The translations under genes and the position numbers were made by a program. A model generated the notes under the pieces. It worked only from the letters and a program-made list of their open reading frames with translations. It was not told where the DNA came from and did not search any database. Below, in pieces: positions 62,019 through 62,045 of a stretch of 62,045 nt of DNA. The stretch comes from Paraglomus brasilianum. Lineage: Eukaryota. The stretch covers positions 1 to 62,045 of the forward strand of contig CAJVPI010000067.1 of NCBI GenBank assembly GCA_910592345.1, given 5' to 3'. Position 1 is the first letter of the stretch, and each line of letters opens with the position of its first letter.

Positions 62019-62045
62019 GGAATTAGCTAAAAGAGCGTTACGTTT

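Overview
Eukaryotic, intron-dense fungal genomic DNA. The gene families present (F-box/LRR relics, REase-type genes, an Mrr-like nuclease) suggest Glomeromycotina or a related Mucoromycota; this is inferred, not shown. Ten conserved spliced genes can be reconstructed by hand: proteasome alpha-6 (PRE5), a secreted PI-PLC-X-domain phosphodiesterase, a carnitine O-acyltransferase, a Sec2-type Rab GEF, a 3-RRM Gbp2/hnRNP-M-like protein, a SKI2-family helicase, RPN14/PAAF1, RFT1, MIA40 and a NIPA Mg2+ transporter. There is also an orphan intronless membrane-protein ORF and a PD-(D/E)XK-like gene. Between them lie decayed accessory tracts: MITEs, a deleted Tc1 inside an RFT1 intron, Ty3/Gypsy relics, tandem repeats and pseudogenes. 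Most notable: (1) a ~700-bp segment (43445-44160) beside an LTR-like repeat that reads as two convergent gene ends only if TGA=Trp, suggesting a decayed insertion from a Mollicute endosymbiont; (2) an intact but motif-divergent SKI2 with a C-terminal extension; (3) a block (10500-14130) joining a 7-unit hairpin-forming ~82-bp array to F-box and Mrr-like nuclease relics; (4) a ~170-190-bp non-coding module shared upstream of two REase-family-like loci. No rRNA, tRNA or CRISPR array was found. Exon boundaries were read by eye and are approximate.
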